From the NCBI GenBank assembly GCA_963667015.2, contig CAXXJJ010000001.1:320001-384000 (forward strand): a stretch of DNA of 64,000 nt. The letters are read 5' to 3'. This DNA is from Desulfatiglandales bacterium (GTDB taxonomy: Bacteria > Desulfobacterota > DSM-4660 > Desulfatiglandales > HGW-15). A program made the translations under genes and the position numbers. The stretch's first letter is position 1; every line of letters begins with the position of its first letter. Positions 1 to 10,239 of the stretch are shown piece after piece. The notes under the pieces were generated by a model. It made no database searches. It saw only the letters and a program-made list of their open reading frames with translations, and was not told the DNA's origin.

Positions 1-36
1 ATAGTAGATTTTGAGAGCGATAAGAAGAAATATATT

Positions 37-759
37 TTGTTCGAAAAATCCGTAAAGGGAGGTCCCATAATCAATTACCATCATCGTAAAATCTTTACCT
101 TATCAAGGGAAAAGGAGCTACTCATATATGATTTTGACGGCCATTTGATAAAAACTGTTTTTCTTAATAAAGAATATCAAAATGGGATAAGCAGTGAACC
201 GCATGGAATCATATTGTTAAATGAACAGGAGGTAACCGGATATTCCGCGTCAGGAAAGGTCTTTTTAAATTTCCCGGTTGAAATGGGGATTGCAGATATC
301 TGTTATCTTGATTCCCTATTGATCGCTTCTGCCGAAGACAACGCTATTTTAAGAATGGATCTCTCCACGCTAAAAGGAAAGAAAACATCTATCAAGGTCA
401 AAGAGGGAAATTCAGAAATCGTTTCAGCCGATCCCCTGCTGATTGTTACAGGGGATAAAATCCTTTATCATGTGGATTCAAGCCTTTCCATTATCTCAGC
501 ATGCCGGGTAGAATCCCCTGATTCCCACTTCTATATGGAAGATGGCATGTTATATGAGATTGTAAAAAACTATAACGGCTTTTACTGCTACAATGATAAA
601 AGGGAAATGATCTGGAGATATGCTCAGGAAGACAGGATAATAGAATCAGCCCTGATGAGAAACGGCCTTGTTTTCAGCACGGGAGATTCGGTAAATTATA
701 TTGAAATAAGAAAAAAAGCGTATTCAAAAAAAGATTTTTCAGGATATCTGGAGATTTAA
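37..759 (+). CDS. Hypothetical beta-propeller-like protein, probably 5'-truncated by the window edge
   Basis: ORF with repeated beta-strand-like segments; TTG start near window start, frame may extend upstream. Confidence 0.5.
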   Translation: MFEKSVKGGPIINYHHRKIFTLSREKELLIYDFDGHLIKTVFLNKEYQNGISSEPHGIILLNEQEVTGYSASGKVFLNFPVEMGIADICYLDSLLIASAEDNAILRMDLSTLKGKKTSIKVKEGNSEIVSADPLLIVTGDKILYHVDSSLSIISACRVESPDSHFYMEDGMLYEIVKNYNGFYCYNDKREMIWRYAQEDRIIESALMRNGLVFSTGDSVNYIEIRKKAYSKKDFSGYLEI

Positions 760-779
760 AATTTAAACTCGAGGAAAGC

Positions 780-2258
780 ATGGACGATCTTCTCAGGGAA
801 ATCAGCGTTTATATCAAGGCCCGCTACCCTATTGTATATCTTGTAACATCAGAGGAAAGCAGGGCGGAAAAACTGCTTGAAAAGGCGGGTGAAATAAACA
901 AAAAGCAGTTTTATTTCTGGAGCGCCACAGGCGGATATTACAATACCAATAAATTCGGTAAAGACCCCGCTCCTCTAAATGCACTGAATACTATCATGGA
1001 CTATGCCGACCCCGGTTTGTTCATACTTAAGGATTTTCATCACTACCTTGAAGAACCTTTAATAATAAGAAAACTAAGGGATATTGTCGCAAACCTCAAG
1101 AAAAGCTACAAAACACTTTTTATTATTTCACCTGTACTTGCCCTTCCGCCGGGTCTCGAAAAGGATATAACCCCGGTTGATATTCCTCTGCCTTCAACAA
1201 AGGAAATAAAACAGATCCTAACACGTCTGATAACCCCCTTTAAAGAATCAAAGAAAATAACAATCAATCTTGACGAGGAACTGATAGAAAAGGTTGTCAA
1301 TGCATCCAGGGGGCTTACCGAAGGCGAGCTTGAAAACCTTTATGCAAAGCTTATTGTCAGTAACCACTCATTTGATGAGAAAGACCTCCCGGTGGTTGTT
1401 GCTGAAAAGAAAAAACTGATACGAAAATCAGGCCTGCTTGAATACTATGATTTCTCGGAAAGCATTGAGTCTGTTGGCGGACTGGATAAATTAAAAAACT
1501 GGCTTAATCAGCGGGGCATGGCATTTTCTCAAAAGGCAAGGGATTTCGGCCTTCCGGAACCAAAGGGCATGCTGCTTCTGGGCGTACAGGGATGCGGTAA
1601 ATCACTTGCAGCCAAGGCCACGTCTTCTTTATGGAGACTACCCCTTTTAAAACTGGACATGGGAAAAATATTTGATGCATACCTCGGGTCTTCTGAAAAG
1701 AATATTCGGGAGGCAATTAAAACAGCCGAGGCCCTGTCACCCAATATCCTATGGCTTGATGAAATAGACAAGGCCTTTTCAGGTATGGGATCAAAGCAGT
1801 CAGGTGACTTCGGTGTTTCTGCAAGGGTTCTGGGGACCTTTCTGACCTGGATGCAGGAAAAGACCGCCCCGGTATTTGTGCTGGCAACAGCCAACAATAT
1901 TGAGAATCTTCCTCCCGAACTTCTCAGAAAAGGGAGATTTGATGAAATCTTTTTTATTGATCTTCCGACAGGTGATGAACGTAAAAACATCTTTAAAATT
2001 CATTTCAGCAAAAGAAAACGTAATCCCGACAACTTCGACATTCCGGGTCTTGTTGATAAAACAGAAGGGTTTACAGGCGCAGAGATTGAACAGCTGATTA
2101 TATCGGGCCTGTACCGTGCCTTTGCAGAAGACAGGGAGCTCGAAGATGGAGACGTTTATAACGAGATAGAAGAGACTGTTCCCCTGTCCGAAACCTATAA
2201 AGAAAAGATTGCGGCCCTCAGGGCATGGGCTGAGAATAGGGCGAGGGCGACTACATAA
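780..2258 (+). CDS. Ycf46-like AAA+ ATPase
   Basis: Walker A GVQGCGKS, Walker B ILWLDEIDK, SRH LPPELLRKGRFD; N-terminal degenerate AAA with LFILKDFH. Confidence 0.9.
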   Translation: MDDLLREISVYIKARYPIVYLVTSEESRAEKLLEKAGEINKKQFYFWSATGGYYNTNKFGKDPAPLNALNTIMDYADPGLFILKDFHHYLEEPLIIRKLRDIVANLKKSYKTLFIISPVLALPPGLEKDITPVDIPLPSTKEIKQILTRLITPFKESKKITINLDEELIEKVVNASRGLTEGELENLYAKLIVSNHSFDEKDLPVVVAEKKKLIRKSGLLEYYDFSESIESVGGLDKLKNWLNQRGMAFSQKARDFGLPEPKGMLLLGVQGCGKSLAAKATSSLWRLPLLKLDMGKIFDAYLGSSEKNIREAIKTAEALSPNILWLDEIDKAFSGMGSKQSGDFGVSARVLGTFLTWMQEKTAPVFVLATANNIENLPPELLRKGRFDEIFFIDLPTGDERKNIFKIHFSKRKRNPDNFDIPGLVDKTEGFTGAEIEQLIISGLYRAFAEDRELEDGDVYNEIEETVPLSETYKEKIAALRAWAENRARATT

Positions 2259-2990
2259 ACCGGATTAAACCATAATGAAAACGATGTGTTAAGGCCTGAA
2301 AACGCCTGTAATGTCAGCATCCTTCCAATTGTAGGGGTGAAAAATCTTTCGCCCTTTATTTCTGCCATTATGCATCTGCGACTGGGAACAACAAATTTTT
2401 TCAGGCTGCTCAATATGGCACGGCTTTTTCGTTTTTTGCCTGCACATTCAGTATTACCGTATATGATTGCTTTCTTTTTTATAAACTTTAAAACTTAACA
2501 GCGTCACACTTTACACCCTTTACTCAAATCCGTCCCTCATGTTTTTCTCAAACAATGCGACTCTTTTATGATCAATATTTGATCTTGGAGAGATACTGCT
2601 GTCCACAAAAATGCCCGTGGTTTTAATGGATTTAAGTTTGCTTATAGTTGTCACATTTTGTGTTAAATAAGTGGGAAGCAAATATTCTTGTCACATGGAT
2701 CATGTCAGAAAATGAAATAATGACCTGCTGGAATTAGAAAAAGCGAAAAGCAAGGAATAGTAAAGGTCTCCACTATGTTGGCATTCATGAAGAAGGATTG
2801 GTATGAATTGATTTATTTAAAAACTATGGCAAACGCACATTTTTTTGTGCAAAGCATCTATGGTATTTATTTTTGAGCGATACCATGTGCAGATCATCTT
2901 TAAAAAGGCAGAATTGATAAATACAACTTGTTGGTATATAAGAAAAAATACATTGTTAGAGATTGCAGTGAAGCGAGATATAACACAAAA

Positions 2991-3569
2991 ATGAATCGGA
3001 AATCAGGTTTGAAAATCCGCATACATAACCGTATAGATAAAAGCCGTGCCAATGGTCCTGGAACGAGGGCTGTGTTATGGCTTCAGGGCTGCCCCTTTGA
3101 GTGCCCGGGTTGTTTCAATCCGGAACTAAGGGATTTCAGCGGGGGAGATGAACTGCCGGTTGATGAACTCGTTAAATGGGCAATCTCACTTAAAGGTATA
3201 GATGGAATCTCCATAAGCGGAGGAGAGCCGACAGAACAGATTAAACCGCTTAACCGCTTTTTATCCGCCATAAAAAAAAATACAGACCTGTCTGTGTTAT
3301 TGTTTTCCGGGAGGACCGAAGAAGAAATCATTAAATTAACCGGCAGCAGGGAATTAATGGCTATGACAGATGTGCTTGTTGAAGGGCGATACATCCGGGA
3401 GCTGGCGAATCCGCCGGGAATGTGGCCTTCATCATCCAACCAGAAAATCAGGATTTTGACAGACAGGTATAACATGGACAATTTTTTAGGCTTGCCTGAA
3501 ACTGAAATTATTATTACTGAACAGGGTGATATTGTTGAAAGCGGACTGGGATCTTTAAATATTGCCTAG
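2991..3569 (+). CDS. Small radical SAM protein (NrdG/activase-like, single 4Fe-4S)
   Basis: ANGPGTRAVLWLQGCPFECPGCFNP (CxxxCxxC), SISGGEP, SSNQ motif; ATG 2991 preferred over TTG 2928. Confidence 0.85.
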   Translation: MNRKSGLKIRIHNRIDKSRANGPGTRAVLWLQGCPFECPGCFNPELRDFSGGDELPVDELVKWAISLKGIDGISISGGEPTEQIKPLNRFLSAIKKNTDLSVLLFSGRTEEEIIKLTGSRELMAMTDVLVEGRYIRELANPPGMWPSSSNQKIRILTDRYNMDNFLGLPETEIIITEQGDIVESGLGSLNIA

Positions 3570-3653
3570 ATCATTAATTTAGCGGTAATAATAGAAAGAT
3601 CTGATCTTTCAGGTCTTAATATTGAATCTTGAATATTGAACCAAAATAAGAAC

Positions 3654-4382
3654 ATGACCAGCAAAATTCCATGCTATTACATAAATCCCAAAGACGGTGC
3701 AGAAATGGTCCTTGTGCCGGGCGGCTGGTTCCGGATGGGCTCGGATGACAGTGATCCGGAAGCAGAGAACCGGGAAAAACCGTGTCACCTGCACTGGCTT
3801 GATCCATTTTATATCAGCATAACAAGTGTTACAGTCGGGCAGTTCAAACAGTTTGTTAAGGAAACAGGGTATGCCAATGATAAGGATTGGGATACAGATC
3901 CGCCTGAACACCCTGTAAAACATATAAACTGGCACGATGCAAAGGACTATTGTGAATGGGCCGGACTCAGGCTGCCCACAGAGGCCGAGTGGGAATTATG
4001 TGCCAGGGGATATGAGGCCCTGAAATATCCCTGGGGAAACGAATGGGAGGATGGCAACAGGGTATGCTGGGATAAGCCCGTTGAGTCAGAGGGAAATACA
4101 GTACCGGTATTTGACCACCCCGAAGGTGTAAGCAGCATGGGAACATTTCAGCAGAGCGGCAATGTATGGGAATGGTGTAAAGATAACTGGGATGAAGATG
4201 TCTATAAAAGATATGCAGAAGGTGATTTTGACCCACCTGCCAAATCAGACTTTCGTGTTTTGCGGGGAGGTTCATGGAGTTTTAACAGCCCCAGGCTCTT
4301 CCGCGGCGCCTTCCGATACGACTACCCGGAATTTCGCAGCCTCAATATCGGCTTCCGTTCCGCAAGGACAATAACCTTTTGA
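3654..4382 (+). CDS. FGE-sulfatase (SUMF1/CLec-fold) domain protein, candidate DGR target
   Basis: MVLVPGGWFRMGS, RLPTEAEWE, SGNVWEWC, RVLRGGSW...GFR motifs. Confidence 0.9.
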   Translation: MTSKIPCYYINPKDGAEMVLVPGGWFRMGSDDSDPEAENREKPCHLHWLDPFYISITSVTVGQFKQFVKETGYANDKDWDTDPPEHPVKHINWHDAKDYCEWAGLRLPTEAEWELCARGYEALKYPWGNEWEDGNRVCWDKPVESEGNTVPVFDHPEGVSSMGTFQQSGNVWEWCKDNWDEDVYKRYAEGDFDPPAKSDFRVLRGGSWSFNSPRLFRGAFRYDYPEFRSLNIGFRSARTITF

Positions 4383-4416
4383 TTTTTTTTACATTTATTG
4401 ATTTTGAGAACAGACT

Positions 4417-6465
4417 ATGGACAGGGTAACCGCAAAGGTTATTAAACATCTGAAAAACAGATTCCCCCATATTGGTGCATTAATAAGAAAAAAAGGGGCT
4501 GAACATCTCTATGGAACATCGGAAAAAGAGGCTGTTGAACCGCTGCTGGAGCTTTTACAGGATAAAAATAAAAAGGTCCGGGAAACTGCATACAATACGC
4601 TTACGCATTTAAGCGGCAATGCCATGAACCATTTTTGTACATTATGGTCTGAAACAAGGGCTGAGGATCTGGAAGAAATATTAATGGATGCGATTTACAT
4701 TGCCACCTCATCCCTTAAGCTTCAATATGTTACAAGCCTTATACAGGGAGAACTGGAGCTCCCTGCAAGTTCGGAAATAGAAGGTATTACAATACTGCTG
4801 GAACTGATAAACGATCCTGATTCCACCGTAGCAGCCAATGCTAAAAAGAAGCTTCATTTGCTTAAAAATCAGGAAGGGATAGATTATTTATGCAGAAAAT
4901 GGGAAAAATCACGTGAGGCAAATCTTGAGGCAGTTATTACCGCTGCGGGTTATATTGCCGCTTCTCCTCTCAGGCTTCGGTATCTTACAGGTCTTAAACT
5001 GGAGGAATTGGATGGTCCTGTGAATTCGGGAATAGAAGGTATTGCAATTCTGCTGGAACTGATAAATGACCCTGATTCCACTGTTGCCGCAAATGCTGTA
5101 AAAGCGCTTCATTCGCTTAAAAATCAGGAAGGGATAAATCATCTCTGTTTTCTCTGGGAAAAAAATCGGGATGCTGAACTTGGTAAAATAATTAAAGACA
5201 GTGGATATACTGCAACATATCCCGAACTGCTGCATGCCCTCACCTTTTTCCTGCAGGATAAAAATCCTGCTGAAAAACCGGGCAGCAATACAATAAGGGA
5301 GTGCCTTCTTGATCAGGATATTGCAATTGTCGAAAATACAGTAAAATATATCCTTAACACCTATGGGAAAAACAGCCATCATAAACTTATGGATTTTATC
5401 AGGAAAAAACCTGAATCCGGGGTGGCTTTCTGCCTTAATAAAATGAACTGGCTTCCTCATGATCCGGCAGAACGGGCGCTTTTATATTTTCTGGCAGATG
5501 ATCTTAATGCATATCATGACATTGATTTTGAGCAGTCCTATCTCCGGTACTGGTATGAGTCGGGACCAGGCAACCTGAAGAATGCGATCAGCTCAAGGAT
5601 AAGAAAAAGCGGTGACCGGCGTTTGTTATCCGTCTTTAAAACCGCCAGGGGCAGCCGAAAATATTATCTGGATAAAAAAGACGTTGATATCCAGATTGAA
5701 ATCCTTTTTAAAAACAGGGAATATTCCGAGGCTTTTGATCTGCTGCCCGTGGCAACCTATGCCCAGGGTCGTCGTATTATCCGCGGCATCAGGGCGGCCG
5801 GCTGGGAGCAACCTGAAACCATTGGCAGAGAACTCCAGGAGCGGCTGGAAGGAATTTTTCCGGAAAAAGAAACCGACCAGGACCTCATATCTTCCTATGC
5901 GATGTCCATTTTTCAGGATTTCAGACCAATGTTTATGGGGCAGGAAGAAATACCTGAGGATGAAATAACGCTCATTTCATGGCTTGATGACAGTGAAAAT
6001 TTCCGACATCGGAGTGCTGCCCTTATAACACTGGCTGAAAGAGGATATGATCACCTGTCAGATGCTGTAAACAGGGCATGTGCGGACGTGTACTGGCAGG
6101 TCCGCATGGCGGCAGCCGGTGCAGAGCTTTTAAAACCCGGGAGTCTCAGCCCTGCAAACAGGGCTCTTCTGGAAAAGGATCATGTGTATTGGGTTCAGTC
6201 ATTATTAAAAATGCCAAAACCGGGTTGCCTGATTGATCTCGGCCCCCGGGGGCTCGAAGAACTTAAAAAAGAGGAAATCAGGAGTGACCCTGAAAACAAA
6301 CCGGATGGTCCGGATGATTTCTTTGATCTGATCAGGCAAAGTATTCCCTTTAATGAAAAGGAGTATTTACTTGCACTGGGTGAATACCTTGGCACAGACA
6401 GTACATGGAGTGATGATGAGACCTATGATGCCGGAGAAGCGGATGTTGAGATTGAGTTTGAGTAG
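4417..6465 (+). CDS. HEAT-repeat protein
   Basis: HEAT-like units (LLELLQDKNKKVRETA; LLELINDPDSTVAANA x2; VYWQVRMAAA), acidic C-terminus. Confidence 0.75.
   Translation: MDRVTAKVIKHLKNRFPHIGALIRKKGAEHLYGTSEKEAVEPLLELLQDKNKKVRETAYNTLTHLSGNAMNHFCTLWSETRAEDLEEILMDAIYIATSSLKLQYVTSLIQGELELPASSEIEGITILLELINDPDSTVAANAKKKLHLLKNQEGIDYLCRKWEKSREANLEAVITAAGYIAASPLRLRYLTGLKLEELDGPVNSGIEGIAILLELINDPDSTVAANAVKALHSLKNQEGINHLCFLWEKNRDAELGKIIKDSGYTATYPELLHALTFFLQDKNPAEKPGSNTIRECLLDQDIAIVENTVKYILNTYGKNSHHKLMDFIRKKPESGVAFCLNKMNWLPHDPAERALLYFLADDLNAYHDIDFEQSYLRYWYESGPGNLKNAISSRIRKSGDRRLLSVFKTARGSRKYYLDKKDVDIQIEILFKNREYSEAFDLLPVATYAQGRRIIRGIRAAGWEQPETIGRELQERLEGIFPEKETDQDLISSYAMSIFQDFRPMFMGQEEIPEDEITLISWLDDSENFRHRSAALITLAERGYDHLSDAVNRACADVYWQVRMAAAGAELLKPGSLSPANRALLEKDHVYWVQSLLKMPKPGCLIDLGPRGLEELKKEEIRSDPENKPDGPDDFFDLIRQSIPFNEKEYLLALGEYLGTDSTWSDDETYDAGEADVEIEFE
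4772..5170 (+). repeat. Internal tandem duplication, 255-bp (85 aa) period
   Basis: GAAGGTATT.CAAT.CTGCTGGAACTGATAAA.GA.CCTGATTCCAC at 4780 and 5035. Confidence 0.85.
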
Positions 6466-7237
6466 AAGTAAAAAACATGTATCTCGCGGAACCCGCAGAG
6501 AAAAACAAAACCTTTTTTTGTAAAAAGCCAAAAATAAAAAGCTTTTCTCTGTTGCCTCTGTGTGCTCCAGTGACCGAAGGGAACGGGCGAGGGATAATCT
6601 TTTTGTCTTTTTAATTATTATTTCAGGATATAATGGTGTCAAGGAACGGATGGAGAAATAAAATGAAGAAGGTAATTTTATCCGTTTGACTCTCAGAAGG
6701 TTAGTGTATTTGGTTTTCAACTTTGAACCCAGAACCAGAAACCTGGAACCGGTTTATTGCAGAAAGGAGATATAATGCAGGAAAGGCACACACCAGTTTC
6801 TGCCGCTTATCCCCAAAGGGACACAGTTTCCGACAAAACGTATGACCATGAAGGCAACACGGGACGGTCAGTTTTCGTGTGGGCCCGAATAAGGCCCTCA
6901 GGGTAACTGTCAGGGACATCCTCACACAGAAGCTTCTTTATGAAGAATATCCGGTAGTCAGATTAAAATGATGTTTTACTTTTGAGATATTTTCAATATA
7001 TCCCAACTATGATGTAAGTGTGAATACTGGCAAGCTATGTTGTGAGATTGGTTATGTTGTGTGTTTTAATTCCCTCCATATAATTCATCATTTAATTCCA
7101 AAAGAAAGTTTATGTATACCGGATGAATAGATGATTTTTGCTGTATTCAAGTATTATGCAAGAATACTTAAACGGTGCAAAAAACAGGAAAGGCAGTCAC
7201 AATAACCCTGTCCGATTAATTTGCGGATCACCTGTTA

Positions 7238-8683
7238 TCAGTCAAAATTATTTTTTACCTGAGGAATATTTGAAAGCCTTAGGATTTCACCCTGAATATC
7301 ATAATATCCTGTTTTCCTTATCGGTATATCCAGTTGTTGTATTTCAAGGTTGCTGCCAATGGCTAAAATAATAAATACTCGCCCGTTTGCAAATGAGTAT
7401 TCATGCTCGGAAATCTTGATAGAAGTAAAATCTACTGACCAAGTGACCCTTACACTGTGGCCAGATTCTGTTGAGCCCGCTTGATAAAATGAAAAATCAA
7501 ATGAATTCGAATCCACTGATTGTCCTTTGCTCATACTGCTGAAAACAACAAATTCTAAACCGTCTTCACCTGTTTCCCACATAGTAACGCCCTGAATGAT
7601 CGGGTCTCTAGTGGTGACCACTACTGATACATTTTCCTGCTTAAGGCCTTCAACTGAACCTGAAACAAGATTGCGTATCTCCTGCATCTGTCTGGTGGTC
7701 AACGATTTTCCTGGATAAAGTCCCACAACAACAGATGCTAATTCTTCCGCGAAGATTGAATCCCCTGAGGTCACAATATTGACTCTGGCATGATCGATAG
7801 AGTCAAATTCTCTTCTTATTGTTTTTGCCAATTCACCCTGGAGAACCTGTTTTTGTTCTAATTCAGTTTTTTGAAATTTTAACTTCAATAAATCTGCTAT
7901 TTTTGTTGCAATATTTTCTTGAATAGCAAATACATCTTTCAGCTCTCTATCATATGTCTCAGACCAAATGTGAGAACCGTCATCTGTTTTAATCAACTGA
8001 ACAGTAATGCGTAGAGTATTTCCAGATTTTCTCACACTACCCATAAGAATATGATCAACGCTAAGTAGGCTTGCTATCTCCTTAATAGATTTATGCGATC
8101 CTTTATAAGAAAATGATGCTGTACTTGAAGTAACCTTGAGTCCTTGTATTTTAGATATATTAGAGATGATTTCATCTGATAATCCATCTACAAAGTATCC
8201 TTGATCTTTGTCTGGTGATAAATCCTCAAACGGTAAGACAGCAATGGTCTTTGGGCCAACTTTCAAAGCTTCAACAGGTGGTTGCTCAGACAACATGGAA
8301 GACTGTTTTATTGATTGATGAGAGTAAATACTCCAGCAAAGTGCTCCTGCTGATATAATGATTATAACGATGACAGCTGCGGCAGTAATTTTACGGGGTA
8401 TTTTACCAAAGAATCCTGTCGGAGTTACAGCTAATTGTGCTGCATCTTCAGTATAACTTTTTTCCGCAAACGATTCCGGTGGACCAAGGATTTCCAATAC
8501 TCCAGCCATTTGAGAAAGTGTCACCTCTTCTTCCGGTAATTCCGAAACTGCATCTTCAATATGCCGATGCACCTCCTGAATAATTTCATCAACATCCTTG
8601 TCTGGTATCCCGGTCAAAGCTTCTCTTAGACGCGAAAGATAATCAAGCTCAAGCTTTTGAGCCTCATGGTTCTTACGTTTCAT
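7238..8683 (-). CDS. Chimeric membrane protein: DUF1700/HAAS-like N-terminus, TM helix, TolB-like domain, FliF/YscJ ring-motif domain
   Basis: YLSRLREAL..EIIQEVHRHIEDA..LGPPESFA; IAVLPFEDLSPDKDQGYFVDGLSDEII; LQGELAKTI..ARVNIV..ASVVV..LVSGSVEGLKQENVSVV. Confidence 0.7.
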   Translation of the reverse strand: MKRKNHEAQKLELDYLSRLREALTGIPDKDVDEIIQEVHRHIEDAVSELPEEEVTLSQMAGVLEILGPPESFAEKSYTEDAAQLAVTPTGFFGKIPRKITAAAVIVIIIISAGALCWSIYSHQSIKQSSMLSEQPPVEALKVGPKTIAVLPFEDLSPDKDQGYFVDGLSDEIISNISKIQGLKVTSSTASFSYKGSHKSIKEIASLLSVDHILMGSVRKSGNTLRITVQLIKTDDGSHIWSETYDRELKDVFAIQENIATKIADLLKLKFQKTELEQKQVLQGELAKTIRREFDSIDHARVNIVTSGDSIFAEELASVVVGLYPGKSLTTRQMQEIRNLVSGSVEGLKQENVSVVVTTRDPIIQGVTMWETGEDGLEFVVFSSMSKGQSVDSNSFDFSFYQAGSTESGHSVRVTWSVDFTSIKISEHEYSFANGRVFIILAIGSNLEIQQLDIPIRKTGYYDIQGEILRLSNIPQVKNNFD

Positions 8684-8700
8684 TATTTTTTATCTCCCTG

Positions 8701-9045
8701 TCAGTTTTTAGTTTTGATCATCAAGTTTGCCACATGCCTATTAATTTCATTCCACGTTTTGTTGATTTCCTGAACTCTTTCCTTCCCTTCGGGAGTCAGG
8801 CTATATTTGCGTCTGGGCGGTCCGCTGGGAGACTCTTCTATCACACTACTAAGCAAATCCTCCCGCTTTAAGCGGTTCAACAGAGGATAAATCGTCCCAA
8901 CTGTAACCATCAACCCGGGAATTGCAGTTAAACGTTTTACCAGTTCATATCCGTGCATCTGTTCCCGGGCAAGAAGATTTAATAGGCAAAGCTCCAGCAA
9001 GCCTTTCTTTACCTGGGTCAGCCATTTTGAATCGCTCAAATTCAT
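8701..9045 (-). CDS. PadR-family transcriptional regulator
   Basis: KKGLLELCLL..MHGYEL..GTIYPLLNRL..GPPRRKYSLTPEG. Confidence 0.92.
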   Translation of the reverse strand: MNLSDSKWLTQVKKGLLELCLLNLLAREQMHGYELVKRLTAIPGLMVTVGTIYPLLNRLKREDLLSSVIEESPSGPPRRKYSLTPEGKERVQEINKTWNEINRHVANLMIKTKN

Positions 9046-9497
9046 ACTCCTGCTAATTAGTTATACATGGTATTATGTACTACAAGATACCTTGTTGTCA
9101 ATAGCTTGTTTGGTTTTTGTTGATTTTTGAGATTTTTTTTAACAAATAATGCGGGGATAGGAAAGAATCACACGGGTTAAAAGTTATAACTAATAATAGT
9201 TATATACATTTTAATAAGGAATTCGAATTCAAGTATTATTATCCAATACTTGAATTATTAGCACTCTTATATGATTCAAGAATACCATTACAATACATCA
9301 ATATGTTGTATTTCCAGAAATAGGGGTTAAACCTTGAATATCTGCTATTGATCATAGGTTTTTGAAGTGCTCAAAAACTTGTGATATCTCTATTGTATCT
9401 GATTAGTATTTGGGATGAGAAAACAAAGATAAGGAAGTTATCAATCCAGGCCCTCCGTGCACTGACCTCTCGGATGAAACTTCATTTAAAATTAAGG

Positions 9498-9645
9498 GAC
9501 ACAGATTTACACAGATGAACACAGATCTTTTGTTTTTTAAAAAATCCTAATAATCCGTGTTAATCCGTGTCCAATTATATGCTTTTAGTTTTTAGTAAAA
9601 AAATAAATGTTTTTCTCTGCGTCCTCTGCGTCCTCTGTGAGAGAT
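9498..9645. repeat. Short-unit inverted repeat cluster (ACACAGAT / ATCCGTGT, CTCTGCGTC units)
   Basis: GGACACAGATTTACACAGATGAACACAGAT ... TAATCCGTGTTAATCCGTGTCC and tandem CTCTGCGTC; related units near 6480-6570. Confidence 0.55.
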
Positions 9646-9657
9646 ATGTATTTTCTT

Positions 9658-10215
9658 TTAGCTTTTCTCCCTGTGATCATACTCTAAATAATAGCGGTAA
9701 AATGCCGCGAGTATAAGCGAGTGTGATATCTCCCCATCTTTAATAAGTTTCGGGATGTCTGCAAGGGGTCTTAATATAACTTCAATGTCCTCCTTGTCAT
9801 CCAGCTCCTGGGGACCGTCAGGAAAGCAGTCCAGGGCAAGGTATGAATGGCACCTGTTGTTTAAAAAGGCAGGGTTGGCATATACCATGCCGAGGTAAAC
9901 CATTTCCGACGGGCTGTAACCGGTCTCCTCTTTCAGTTCCCTTACTGCCGCATCAAGGGGTGTATCTCCTTCCTCAACAATGCCTCCGGGGATTTCAAGT
10001 ACTATATCGCTTACTCCATGCCTGTACTGCCTTATGAGTACAACCTCCTTATTCTTTGTAACAGGTATGATATTGACCCACTCCTTTGATTCAAACACAT
10101 AAAATTCATGCTCCCTGCCGGTTCTGGGGGAAACTGCACGGTCAATGCGCAGATCAAAAATTCTGAATGATTTTTCTATTGTGCTTGATACCAGTTTCCA
10201 GGGTTTAACTTTCAA
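9658..10215 (-). CDS. NUDIX hydrolase (ADP-ribose pyrophosphatase-like)
   Basis: Nudix box GGIVEEGDTPLDAAVRELKEETGY. Confidence 0.9.
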   Translation of the reverse strand: MKVKPWKLVSSTIEKSFRIFDLRIDRAVSPRTGREHEFYVFESKEWVNIIPVTKNKEVVLIRQYRHGVSDIVLEIPGGIVEEGDTPLDAAVRELKEETGYSPSEMVYLGMVYANPAFLNNRCHSYLALDCFPDGPQELDDKEDIEVILRPLADIPKLIKDGEISHSLILAAFYRYYLEYDHREKS

Positions 10216-10239
10216 AATCTTTCCTCCATTGATTTATCA

